In this document: one piece after another, positions 28,223 to 36,463 of the stretch
Layout of the letters: each line of letters begins with the position of its first letter
Position numbering within the stretch: position 1 is the stretch's first letter
Assembly: GCA_045643885.1 (NCBI GenBank)
Contig: JAZRFY010000026.1
Location: 3,953-67,952, forward strand
Direction of reading: 5' to 3'
DNA: 64,000 nt
DNA from: Eubacteriales bacterium
Lineage (GTDB): Bacteria; Bacillota; Clostridia; Oscillospirales; CAG-272
The notes under the pieces: generated by a model
Told to the model about the DNA's origin: nothing
Database searches by the model: none
What the model saw: only the letters and a program-made list of their open reading frames with translations
Position numbers and translations under genes: made by a program

Positions 28223-29626
28223 TTAAGCCTCTGTTGTTTCAGCAGCTTTCTTTGTTGTCTTTCTTGTCTTCTTTACGGGCTTTTCTTCGCCTTCAGAAGC
28301 TTCAGCTTCTGACTTGGGAGCTGCCTTCTTTGTTGACTTCTTCTTGGGAGCCTTTACAACTGCCTTTTCCTTAACGGAATCAAGAGCAAGCTGAACAGTC
28401 ATATCTGCAGCGATAAGATCAGCGTCGATAGAAGCCTTAACCTGTTCAACGTCGATGCCGTATGCTTCAGCAATTCTGCCATATTCAGCATTGATGCTTT
28501 CTTCAGAAGCCTTAAGGTTTTCAAGCTCAGCAATCTTTTCAAGAGCGAGTCTTGCCTTAACCTGCTTTTCAGCCTGGGGACGGAACTGAGCACGAAGTGT
28601 TTCGGGTGTCATACCTGTGTACTTGCAGTATGTCTGAAGATCAAGTCCCTGCATTCTGAGCTGGTTGTCATAGTCACGAACGAAATTGTCTGCTTCGTTT
28701 TCGAACATAGCTTCAGGAATCTCAGCCTCAAGCTTTTCGATAAGAGCATCCATAAGCTGACCGTCAACAGCGGACTGAGCAGCTGCTTCGTGTCTCTTTT
28801 CGATTTTTGCCTTAAGATCTGCCTTGTATTCATCAAGTGTATCGAATTCAGATACGTCCTTAGCAAACTCATCGTCAAGCTCAGGAAGCTCAACCTTTGT
28901 GATTGCGTGAATCTTTACCTTGAATACGGAGGGCTTGCCTGCAAGGTCTTCAGCGTGGTATTCAGCGGGGAATGTAACGTTTACGTCGAACTCTTCATCA
29001 ACGGAGTGACCAACGATCTGTTCCTCAAAGCCGGGGATGAACTGACCGGAGCCGAGCTTAAGAGCGTAGTCTTCACCCTTGCCACCGTCAAATGCAACGC
29101 CGTCAACAAAACCTTCGAAATCGATAACTGTTGTATCGCCAAGCTCAGCAGGACGATCGTTTGCATCGATTTCACGGCTGTTTCTTTCTCTGATAAGGTC
29201 AAGCTCCTTGCTGATTTCTTCATCAGTAACGGGAGCAACTTCCTTAGTTACTTCGATACCGTAGTAGCCTTCAATCTTAACTTCGGGCTTAACGAATACC
29301 TTAGCTGTGAAAACAACACCGTTATCGTCGAGAGAAAGAACGTCGATTTCGGGCTGTGCAACAGGCTCGATGCCTGCTTCTTTAATAGCTTCCTCGTAAG
29401 CAGAGGGAAGAATGTCGTTAAGAGCTGTGTCATAGAAGAAGCCCTTACCGTACATTTTTTCAATCATTGCTCTGGGAGCTTTGCCTTTTCTGAATCCGGG
29501 AATGTTGATTTTGCCAACTTCCTTCTTGTAAGCGCGTTCGATAGCATTTTCAAATACGTCAGCCTCAACAGAGAAGTGAAGCTCAACCTTGCTACCTTCA
29601 AGTTTTTCGTTTTTAATCAATTTCAT
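28223..29626 (-). CDS. tig: trigger factor with a Lys/Ala/Glu-rich C-terminal tail
   Basis: GFRKGKAP ribosome-binding motif and an FKBP-type central domain. The start is set at the ATG at 29626 (GGAGG 8 nt upstream); the track TTG at 29641 is an extension. Confidence 0.95.
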   Translation of the reverse strand: MKLIKNEKLEGSKVELHFSVEADVFENAIERAYKKEVGKINIPGFRKGKAPRAMIEKMYGKGFFYDTALNDILPSAYEEAIKEAGIEPVAQPEIDVLSLDDNGVVFTAKVFVKPEVKIEGYYGIEVTKEVAPVTDEEISKELDLIRERNSREIDANDRPAELGDTTVIDFEGFVDGVAFDGGKGEDYALKLGSGQFIPGFEEQIVGHSVDEEFDVNVTFPAEYHAEDLAGKPSVFKVKIHAITKVELPELDDEFAKDVSEFDTLDEYKADLKAKIEKRHEAAAQSAVDGQLMDALIEKLEAEIPEAMFENEADNFVRDYDNQLRMQGLDLQTYCKYTGMTPETLRAQFRPQAEKQVKARLALEKIAELENLKASEESINAEYGRIAEAYGIDVEQVKASIDADLIAADMTVQLALDSVKEKAVVKAPKKKSTKKAAPKSEAEASEGEEKPVKKTRKTTKKAAETTEA

Positions 29627-29662
29627 TTTGAAATCCTCCAAGATTTTTTACATACATTGCTT

Positions 29663-29691
29663 ATTATATATAAATTACAATAAAATGTCAA
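29663..29691 (-). promoter_or_regulatory. consensus sigma-A promoter for tig-clpP-clpX (TTGACA-17-TATAAT)
   Basis: The minus strand reads TTGACAttttattgtaatttataTATAAT. Confidence 0.7.
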
Positions 29692-29718
29692 GTTTTTTTT
29701 ATAAAAACACTCAAAAAG

Positions 29719-30447
29719 TTAAATAAATATGGGCATCGGGCAGAAATTAAGATAATCTGCAGCTACCATTGTAAAAGTTATGCCGTCAAAATCGAATTGA
29801 CGGGGAACGTAATAGTTATTGTGTATATGACCGTAATAGCAGTTTTTAATATCGAATTTTTTAAGAACGTTGAGTATCGGTTCGCATATGCAATCGGAAT
29901 ATATGGGTGGAAAATGAAGAAAAACATGAATAGGTAAACAGGGATTTTCCTCTTTTATTTTCATTGCCTCAGTGATGCTGATTTCAAGTCTTTGAGCCTC
30001 GCGTGCTACGATTTTCTCGTAATCAACGTCGCCAACGGTTTTTTGCTGCTTTTCGTCATAAAACCATCCTCTGGATCCACAAATTATACAATCCGCAAGG
30101 AGATATGCGTTGTTGTGTAAAAGCTTTATTGTTTTGATATCATTTTCTTCAAAAAAGCTATATATTTTTGTTGCCGTAGACCACCAAAAATCGTGATTAC
30201 CCTTGCCAATTATCTTTGTTCCGGGAAGAGAATCGAGAAATTTGAAATCCGATTTTGCTTCTTCTAAGGTCATAGCCCATGAGATGTCACCGGGGATTAT
30301 TATATAATCATCTTCATTGATGATGGCTTTAAAATTCTTTTCAATCTTTTTTTGATAGTCAAGCCACCTTGCACCGAATTTTTCCATTGATTTGTTAGTG
30401 GAAACGTTGGTCGAAAGGTGAAGATCGGAAATAACGTATAAGGACAT
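29719..30447 (-). CDS. metallophosphoesterase (intact motifs)
   Basis: SDLHLS, PGDISW, GNHDFWW and GHIHNN. Confidence 0.85.
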   Translation of the reverse strand: MSLYVISDLHLSTNVSTNKSMEKFGARWLDYQKKIEKNFKAIINEDDYIIIPGDISWAMTLEEAKSDFKFLDSLPGTKIIGKGNHDFWWSTATKIYSFFEENDIKTIKLLHNNAYLLADCIICGSRGWFYDEKQQKTVGDVDYEKIVAREAQRLEISITEAMKIKEENPCLPIHVFLHFPPIYSDCICEPILNVLKKFDIKNCYYGHIHNNYYVPRQFDFDGITFTMVAADYLNFCPMPIFI

Positions 30448-30465
30448 TATAAATTCCTTTCCTTT

Positions 30466-30494
30466 GAATAATTTTTTTGTGTCCGTCCATAATA
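30466..30494 (+). promoter_or_regulatory. forespore sigma-G/F-type promoter candidate (GAATA-17-CATAATA)
   Basis: GAATAatttttttgtgtccgtcCATAATA matches the remembered B. subtilis SigG consensus GHATR-17/18-CATxHTA. The downstream gene is a DUF1540 spore-type protein. Confidence 0.45.
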
Positions 30495-30546
30495 AGATAT
30501 GAGAGAAATCTCAAATCAGTTGCCATTGGGCAGAACGGAGGCATAT

Positions 30547-30735
30547 ATGAATAACGATAAGAAATGCTGTGCGTCTAATCAGAACGTAATCAAGGGTATT
30601 ACCTGCGACGTTGTTAACTGTCAGTACCATCATGGTGAGGGACAGTGCTGCGCAGGTCATATCAAGGTAGGTCCCAGCCAAGCTGAGGCTAATAGAGACA
30701 CCTTGTGCGCTACCTTTAAGAACAGAACTGAATAA
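30547..30735 (+). CDS. DUF1540 domain protein
   Basis: CDVVNCQYHHGEGQCCAGHIKVG ... DTLCATF. The start is set at the ATG at 30547 (GGAGG 5 nt upstream). Confidence 0.75.
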   Translation: MNNDKKCCASNQNVIKGITCDVVNCQYHHGEGQCCAGHIKVGPSQAEANRDTLCATFKNRTE

Positions 30736-30744
30736 GACTAAATT

Positions 30745-30771
30745 GCATATCCCGAAAGGGGTATGCTTTTT
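30745..30771. terminator. bidirectional terminator (overlaps the thrC stop)
   Basis: gcatatccc-gaaa-ggggtatgc followed by TTTTT. Confidence 0.7.
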
Positions 30772-32251
30772 ATTTGCTTATAAATTCCATAACCTCATCA
30801 TGCATTGTATCGGGGGTCTTGACTGTGTCAAAGTTGATTTTTCTTGTATCAAGACCGTCAATAGGCTTAGGAATACTTGTATTTGTCAATTTTGAAAGAT
30901 CGAAAAGTGCAGAAAGATCATCATCGGGTGTATGACCAAGTGCAAGGCAAACGTCTTTTGCAAATTTGTAAGGACTTGCAGTAGAGGCAATGACGGTTTT
31001 GGTCGTATCATAAGTTTCTTTTCTATAATCCTCTAATGCAGAAAATGCAACTGCAGTATGTGTATCTATAAGATAGCCACTATCATCAAAAGTCTTTTTG
31101 ATGGTGTTAAAGGTTTTCTCTTCGTCAGCAAAATATCCAACAAAATTATCCTTGATTTCTTCAAGGGTTGATTCATCAACCTTATAGCAACCCGTTTCGT
31201 TTAATGAAGCCATCCAGGCTTTTGTCTTTTCAGCTCCTGCAAGCATATACAAGAGTCTTTCAATATTGCTTGAGATAAGGATATCCATAGAAGGGGAGAC
31301 AGTTAGATAAAAATCTCTGTTTCTGTCATAAACTCCGCTATTAAGAAAATCCGTAAGGATATTGTTAGAGTTGGAAGCGCATATAAGCTTTCCGATGGGA
31401 AGACCCATAAGCTTTGCAATATAAGCAGCAAGGATGTTTCCAAAATTGCCCGTTGGAACGCAAACGTTTATATTGTCACCGAGTGCAATTTCCTTGGATT
31501 TGATAAGCTCACAGTATGCATGGATATAATAAACTATCTGAGGTGCCAAACGTCCGAAATTAATGGAGTTTGCACTTGAAAAGAAATATCCCTTATCAGA
31601 AATTTCTTTTGCAAATTCCTCGTCAGAGAATATTCTTTTTACACCTGTCTGGATATCGTCAAAATTGCCTTCAACAGCACAAACGTCAACGTTGTTTCCG
31701 TCTTGAGTAACCATTTGAAGCTTTTGTACTGAGCTGACACCGTTTTCGGGATAGAAAACGGCAATTTTGATTCCATCAACGTTCTTATAGCCTTCAAGAG
31801 CCGCCTTTCCTGTATCACCGGATGTAGCAACCAAAACAAGAGCAGTCTTTTCCTCGTTAGTTTTAACTAATGCTCTTGAAAGAAGTCTTGGCATGATTTG
31901 GAGTGCCATATCCTTAAAAGCACAGGTAGGTCCGTGCCAAAGCTCAAGTGAATATGTATTGTCATCTACCTTTTTCAAAGGACATATGTCTCCGTCAAAG
32001 CTATCCTGAGAATATGCTTTTCCGGCATCCTCTAAAAGCTCATTGAAGGAATAATCGGTCAAAAACATTGAAAGAACGGTTGAAGCAAGCTCAGGATAGG
32101 AAAGGTCGCAAAATGATGCGATATCATCCTTTGTAAGAGAGGGAATTGCTTCGGGAACAAAAAGTCCACCGTCATTTGCAAGACCTTGCTTAATTACTTG
32201 TGCAGAGGTATATTTAATTTTTTCATTACTTCTTGTGCTTTGAAATCTCAT
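30770..32251 (-). CDS. thrC: threonine synthase (long form)
   Basis: N-terminus FQSTRS...GLANDGGLFVP and the PLP-lysine region CAFKDMALQ. Confidence 0.93.
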   Translation of the reverse strand: MRFQSTRSNEKIKYTSAQVIKQGLANDGGLFVPEAIPSLTKDDIASFCDLSYPELASTVLSMFLTDYSFNELLEDAGKAYSQDSFDGDICPLKKVDDNTYSLELWHGPTCAFKDMALQIMPRLLSRALVKTNEEKTALVLVATSGDTGKAALEGYKNVDGIKIAVFYPENGVSSVQKLQMVTQDGNNVDVCAVEGNFDDIQTGVKRIFSDEEFAKEISDKGYFFSSANSINFGRLAPQIVYYIHAYCELIKSKEIALGDNINVCVPTGNFGNILAAYIAKLMGLPIGKLICASNSNNILTDFLNSGVYDRNRDFYLTVSPSMDILISSNIERLLYMLAGAEKTKAWMASLNETGCYKVDESTLEEIKDNFVGYFADEEKTFNTIKKTFDDSGYLIDTHTAVAFSALEDYRKETYDTTKTVIASTASPYKFAKDVCLALGHTPDDDLSALFDLSKLTNTSIPKPIDGLDTRKINFDTVKTPDTMHDEVMEFISK

Positions 32252-32259
32252 ATAGCCTC

Positions 32260-33192
32260 CTATATGCTTTTACTGAAAAATTCTTGTGCGTTTTTAAACA
32301 TAATTTTATCAATCAATTCTGAAGAATAATTGAGTCTGTGCATCTCGGTTGCAATTTTGTGTATATCGGAAATATCCTTAAAATTATTGGGTAGATTCGT
32401 TCCGTCCAGGTCACCACCCATAGCAATGGTATTTTCTCCGCCAAGTGAAAGATAATGATCGATATGACGGATAATATCAGCAATTTTGGGGTCGCCATTA
32501 GAAGAAAGGTGAGAAGGACAAAGATTTATGCCAACTATTCCACCAAGCTCCTTTATTCTCTTGAAATCACAGTCGCGAAGATTTCTTGTGTGAGGATTGA
32601 TAGCATAAGCATCGGAATGAGATGCGATAACGGGCTTTTTGAACACCTCGGCAATGTCCAAGGTCATTTCTGCCCCCTTGAAGGAAGAATGAGAAATATC
32701 CGGGATTATGCCGATTTCGAAGCATCTTCTGACAACGCTCTCTCCAAATTTACTAAGACCGGTATCGGTGTCGTGTGCACCACCGATGCAAGTGAGTCCA
32801 TACCAATTGAGTGTCAAGGTTCTTACGCCCAAATTGTAAAGTATATCAAGCCTTCCTAAGTCATTTTCAAGAATTCTTGCATCCTCGACTGAGAGTATCA
32901 ATGGTATTTTTCCTTGCTCGAATAAGAGGTAAATATCATTTGAGCTTTTTGCGATACCTACGTGCTCACTATTCAGTTTTGTTTCGTTTTCAAGATTTGA
33001 AACGACCTCAAAAAATCTTTCATATGCCTCAGCATCAGTAAGCTTGTGGTGGGACCATATTGCCATCACCTGAGCATATTTTTTAAGATATTTTGCTTTG
33101 TTTATTGATATGTGAAATGAATTGTCAAGCAAGCCTTGCTTTTCGGAAAGCAAGCGCGTGGACGTGTCGCAATGTAAATCAAATAATTTCAT
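32260..33192 (-). CDS. M19 membrane-dipeptidase-family dipeptidase
   Basis: DLHCDT and SHSDAYAINPHTRNL. The start is uncertain. I prefer MKLFDLHCDT (ATG at 33192, 1 nt after the yraN stop) over the track TTG at 33216. Confidence 0.8.
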   Translation of the reverse strand: MKLFDLHCDTSTRLLSEKQGLLDNSFHISINKAKYLKKYAQVMAIWSHHKLTDAEAYERFFEVVSNLENETKLNSEHVGIAKSSNDIYLLFEQGKIPLILSVEDARILENDLGRLDILYNLGVRTLTLNWYGLTCIGGAHDTDTGLSKFGESVVRRCFEIGIIPDISHSSFKGAEMTLDIAEVFKKPVIASHSDAYAINPHTRNLRDCDFKRIKELGGIVGINLCPSHLSSNGDPKIADIIRHIDHYLSLGGENTIAMGGDLDGTNLPNNFKDISDIHKIATEMHRLNYSSELIDKIMFKNAQEFFSKSI

Positions 33193-33193
33193 A

Positions 33194-33577
33194 TCAGTTT
33201 GAAAATGCATCCTCAATATGGTTGATTTTTTCTACCTTAGGCGTCATCGTATCGGCAGATTTTGATAAATAAACCTCAATAACGTCAAGCCTTGGAGATT
33301 TTTTGGTTTTGTGTGAATTTAGATATGACTGTGCCGCCGCAAGCGTACGCTTTTGCTTTGAATATGTAACGGCAGACGCAGCAGAACCAAACTCGTTTGA
33401 AGACAAGGTTCTTGTCTTAACCTCAATAAACACAATATATTGCTTGTTTTCGGCGATAATGTCTATTTCGTTGTGAGAAGCAAAATAATTTTGCTCCAGG
33501 ATCTTGTATTTTTGCGACTTCAAATATTCGCAAGCGGCATTTTCACCGAAGCGACCTGTATCAGTTGTAGTTTTCAT
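33194..33577 (-). CDS. yraN: YraN family (UPF0102) endonuclease-like protein
   Basis: GENAACEYLKSQKYKILEQNY...EIDIIA...IVFIEVKTR. Confidence 0.9.
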   Translation of the reverse strand: MKTTTDTGRFGENAACEYLKSQKYKILEQNYFASHNEIDIIAENKQYIVFIEVKTRTLSSNEFGSAASAVTYSKQKRTLAAAQSYLNSHKTKKSPRLDVIEVYLSKSADTMTPKVEKINHIEDAFSN

Positions 33578-33579
33578 AG

Positions 33580-34179
33580 TCAGTCTTCAAGAAATCTGAT
33601 GAATTTCTTTCTGTGAATAGGGGAAGGGCCAAATTCTCTCAAAGCATCCATGTGCTGCTTTGTGCCGTATCCCTTGTGCTTTGCGATTCCGTACTGAGGA
33701 TATTCCTTGTCCATTTTCTCGCAAAGTTCATCTCTTGTAACCTTGGCAAGAATTGAAGCTGCCGCGATGCTGGGACTCGTAGCATCCCCCTTGATAACCG
33801 TCATTGTGGGAATTTCAAATCCGCGGCTTACGTTACCGTCTATAAGTGCGAAATCAGCTTTGATTTTTAATCCCTCAACGGCTCTTCTCATCGCGAGCAT
33901 GTCTGCTTCAAGAATGTTGAGCTCGTTGATTTCTTCAACACTTGCTTCGGCAATGCAATAAGCAATTGCGTTTTCAATTATCTGGTCAAAAATCTGCTTT
34001 CTTTTCTTTGCAGTGAGCTTCTTTGAATCGTTAAGACCCTCAATGTAAAGACCGACGGGCAAAATGCAAGCTGCAGCAACAACAGGACCGCAAAGAGGGC
34101 CGCGACCTGCCTCGTCAACACCGCAAACGTATGTATATCCTTGATCGTTAAGAGATTGTTCCAAAGTATATTCGAGCAT
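33580..34179 (-). CDS. rnhB: ribonuclease HII
   Basis: GVDEAGRGPLCGPVVAAA and DSKKL. The ATG at 34179 (GGAGG 5 nt upstream) is preferred; the track start at 34191 is also possible. Confidence 0.93.
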   Translation of the reverse strand: MLEYTLEQSLNDQGYTYVCGVDEAGRGPLCGPVVAAACILPVGLYIEGLNDSKKLTAKKRKQIFDQIIENAIAYCIAEASVEEINELNILEADMLAMRRAVEGLKIKADFALIDGNVSRGFEIPTMTVIKGDATSPSIAAASILAKVTRDELCEKMDKEYPQYGIAKHKGYGTKQHMDALREFGPSPIHRKKFIRFLED

Positions 34180-34194
34180 AGCGCCCTCCATAAA

Positions 34195-35055
34195 TTATAT
34201 TCTGTCAAGAGTTATCTTGCCAATTTTAGCACTTCTAAACTCATCAAGAAGCATATTGGCAGTTCTTTCGTAGTCAATCTCACCACCGCTGATGAGGAAA
34301 CCGCGCTTTTTGCCGATAAGCTCAAAGAGTTGAAGATCGGTAAGATCTGCATAAGCGCTCATATCACCGAGCTTATAGCGTTCACTAAGCATCTCAGGAT
34401 AATACTTTCTAAGACGGGAGCAGAGAACTATAGCAAGGCTCTCAAGGTCAAGAATTTTATCCTTGATAGCGCCGGTGAGCGCGAGGTTTTCACCGATGAG
34501 TCTATCGTCAAACTTAGGCCAAAGAACACCGGGCATATCCATAAGATCAAGACCGATGCTTGTTGCAACCCATTGCTTGTCAACAGTAACACCGGGACGG
34601 TTTTCGACCTTAGCCTTCTTGCTTCCGCATATTCTGTTAATAAGGGATGATTTTCCAACGTTGGGAATACCAACAATCATAGCCTTGAGCTTTCTTGTCA
34701 TGCCTTTAGCTTCATATCTTTGGATTTTCTCGGCAAGAACAATGTTTACTGCATCCTTGATTTTGTTGATGCCAAGACCACTTACGCAGTCAGTGGTGAT
34801 ACAAATTGTATTTTCATTAGAGTAATGCTCACACCATTTTTTGGTCATGGCTGGGTCGGCAAGAGTAGCCTTATTCAAAAGGATGATAGTAGGCTTTTGT
34901 GCAGTCATTCCGGCAATCTCGGGATTTCTTGAGCTTTTGGGAATTCTTGCATCTAGTATTTCAATAACTACGTCAACGTTTTTTAAATTTTCAGTGATCA
35001 TACGGCGTGTTTTGGCCATATGACCGGGGAACCATTGAATCTGTTCTGATGGCAT
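34195..35055 (-). CDS. rbgA: ribosome biogenesis GTPase A (YlqF/RbgA)
   Basis: QWFPGHMAK, circularly permuted GTPase motifs NKATL...GIPNVGKSS, and DMPG. Confidence 0.93.
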   Translation of the reverse strand: MPSEQIQWFPGHMAKTRRMITENLKNVDVVIEILDARIPKSSRNPEIAGMTAQKPTIILLNKATLADPAMTKKWCEHYSNENTICITTDCVSGLGINKIKDAVNIVLAEKIQRYEAKGMTRKLKAMIVGIPNVGKSSLINRICGSKKAKVENRPGVTVDKQWVATSIGLDLMDMPGVLWPKFDDRLIGENLALTGAIKDKILDLESLAIVLCSRLRKYYPEMLSERYKLGDMSAYADLTDLQLFELIGKKRGFLISGGEIDYERTANMLLDEFRSAKIGKITLDRI

Positions 35056-35088
35056 AATATCTCCGTTCCTCGCGCGTGCGATAAATAA

Positions 35089-35697
35089 CTATTTAATGAA
35101 GCCGAATTGCTCGGCAGGTGTGATTCTGAGGATTGCCTTACCAAGGATAGTTCTTACGTCAACAAGACCTATTGACTCACTACGGCTATCCGTTGAATTG
35201 TTTCTATTGTCGCCTAAAACGAAAACGTAGCCCTTTGGCACGTATGTGATAAGGGGAGGCTCGTTTTCGGGCACGTTGTATTCTCCTGTTGAAAAATAAA
35301 CATATGATGATTCATCTACTATCTCCGACTCATTAAACGTGCTGTCGTCAGAAACGTATAAAAGACAATTTTGATAATCGATTTTTACCCATCTGTTTTC
35401 AGTAGCTATTACTCTTTTTACGATGGGTTTGTTAAGAGTGCCTGTGTTGTGGAATACGATTATATCATTTTCTTGTGGAGTGTAGAAAAGATTTGTTATG
35501 ATTAGGGTTTCTCCGTGATAAAGAGTGTTGTTCATCGAACCACCGTCAACCACACAAATTCTGAAAACGAAGGTTACAAGCACCAATATTACAATAAGTG
35601 CCTTGATCACAAGATCGAATAAATCAATTATTATATTTTTGAGCTTTGCATCAAAATTGCTTTTGGATGCCGAAGCGTTTGAATTGCTGTTTTCCAT
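35089..35697 (-). CDS. lepB: signal peptidase I
   Basis: GGSMNNTL (catalytic Ser) and VLGDNRNNSTDSR. The start is set at the ATG at 35697 (GGAGG upstream); the track start at 35766 is an extension. Confidence 0.9.
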   Translation of the reverse strand: MENSNSNASASKSNFDAKLKNIIIDLFDLVIKALIVILVLVTFVFRICVVDGGSMNNTLYHGETLIITNLFYTPQENDIIVFHNTGTLNKPIVKRVIATENRWVKIDYQNCLLYVSDDSTFNESEIVDESSYVYFSTGEYNVPENEPPLITYVPKGYVFVLGDNRNNSTDSRSESIGLVDVRTILGKAILRITPAEQFGFIK

Positions 35698-35834
35698 GAT
35701 ACCTCCAAAGGGGGAATAAGTGCTTTTATTTCGGCGTATTCTCCGCCATTTTATATATTGTAACATATTTATTTAAAATAAACAAGATTTTTTCAAAAAT
35801 TAAGAAAAAATGTTTAAAAAATCTAAAAATATTA

Positions 35835-35863
35835 TTGACACAATTGAAAAAATGTGTTAAAAT
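35835..35863 (+). promoter_or_regulatory. sigma-A-type promoter (TTGACA-17-TAAAAT, extended TG)
   Basis: TTGACAcaattgaaaaaatgTGtTAAAAT. Confidence 0.6.
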
Positions 35864-35881
35864 GATACATCACAAAATATT

Positions 35882-35946
35882 GAACGTGGAAATTTGTCCC
35901 TTTTTGGGGTAAATTCAAGGCGAATGGTGGTTTTCGTTGCACGTTT
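35882..35946 (+). promoter_or_regulatory. compact three-way-junction fold in the nfeD-SPFH leader (candidate structured 5' UTR)
   Basis: P1 pairs 35882-35888 with 35940-35946. P2 is the hairpin 35889-35916 with loop UUUUU. P3 is the hairpin 35920-35937 with an 8-nt loop. All helices were hand-folded and are short and AU/GU-rich. Confidence 0.3.
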
Positions 35947-35981
35947 AAGTTTAAAAAATTACATAAAGAGGAGAAAAATGT

Positions 35982-36443
35982 ATGAATTTCGGATTTAGTA
36001 TTTTGTGGTTTGTAATCCTCGTTATCGCAATCGTTATCGAGGCACGTACAAGCGACGTATCTGCAGTTTGGTTCGTTCCTGCTGCTGCATTGGCATTTTT
36101 GCTTTCATTCTTCATCACAGGAGAAGATGATGTAAAGAATCTTGCAATTCAGATTTTGGTATTTGTATTTGCAGCATTGATTTCTTTCATCGTTTTCAGA
36201 ATTTCCTTCAACAAGAAGGTTAAGAGAGTTAAGAAGGGCAAGACAAACATCACTGCTCTCATTGGTGAAAGATGTCTTGTTATTGAAGATATCTCTAACA
36301 TCGACGTTAAGGGCCTTGTAAACCTTAAGGGTTCTATTTGGAGCGCTCGTTCCAAGGACGAAAACGACTTTATCGAGGCTGGCACAGTTGTTGTTGTTGA
36401 GCGTGTTGAGGGCGTTAAGCTCGTATGCTCAAGAGAGAAATAA
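35982..36443 (+). CDS. NfeD family membrane protein
   Basis: N-terminal TM segments plus a C-terminal OB-like soluble domain (GERCLVIEDI...GSIWSARS...VVVVERVEGVKLVC), upstream of an SPFH gene. Confidence 0.85.
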   Translation: MNFGFSILWFVILVIAIVIEARTSDVSAVWFVPAAALAFLLSFFITGEDDVKNLAIQILVFVFAALISFIVFRISFNKKVKRVKKGKTNITALIGERCLVIEDISNIDVKGLVNLKGSIWSARSKDENDFIEAGTVVVVERVEGVKLVCSREK

Positions 36444-36463
36444 TGTAGGAGGATATAACTGAT

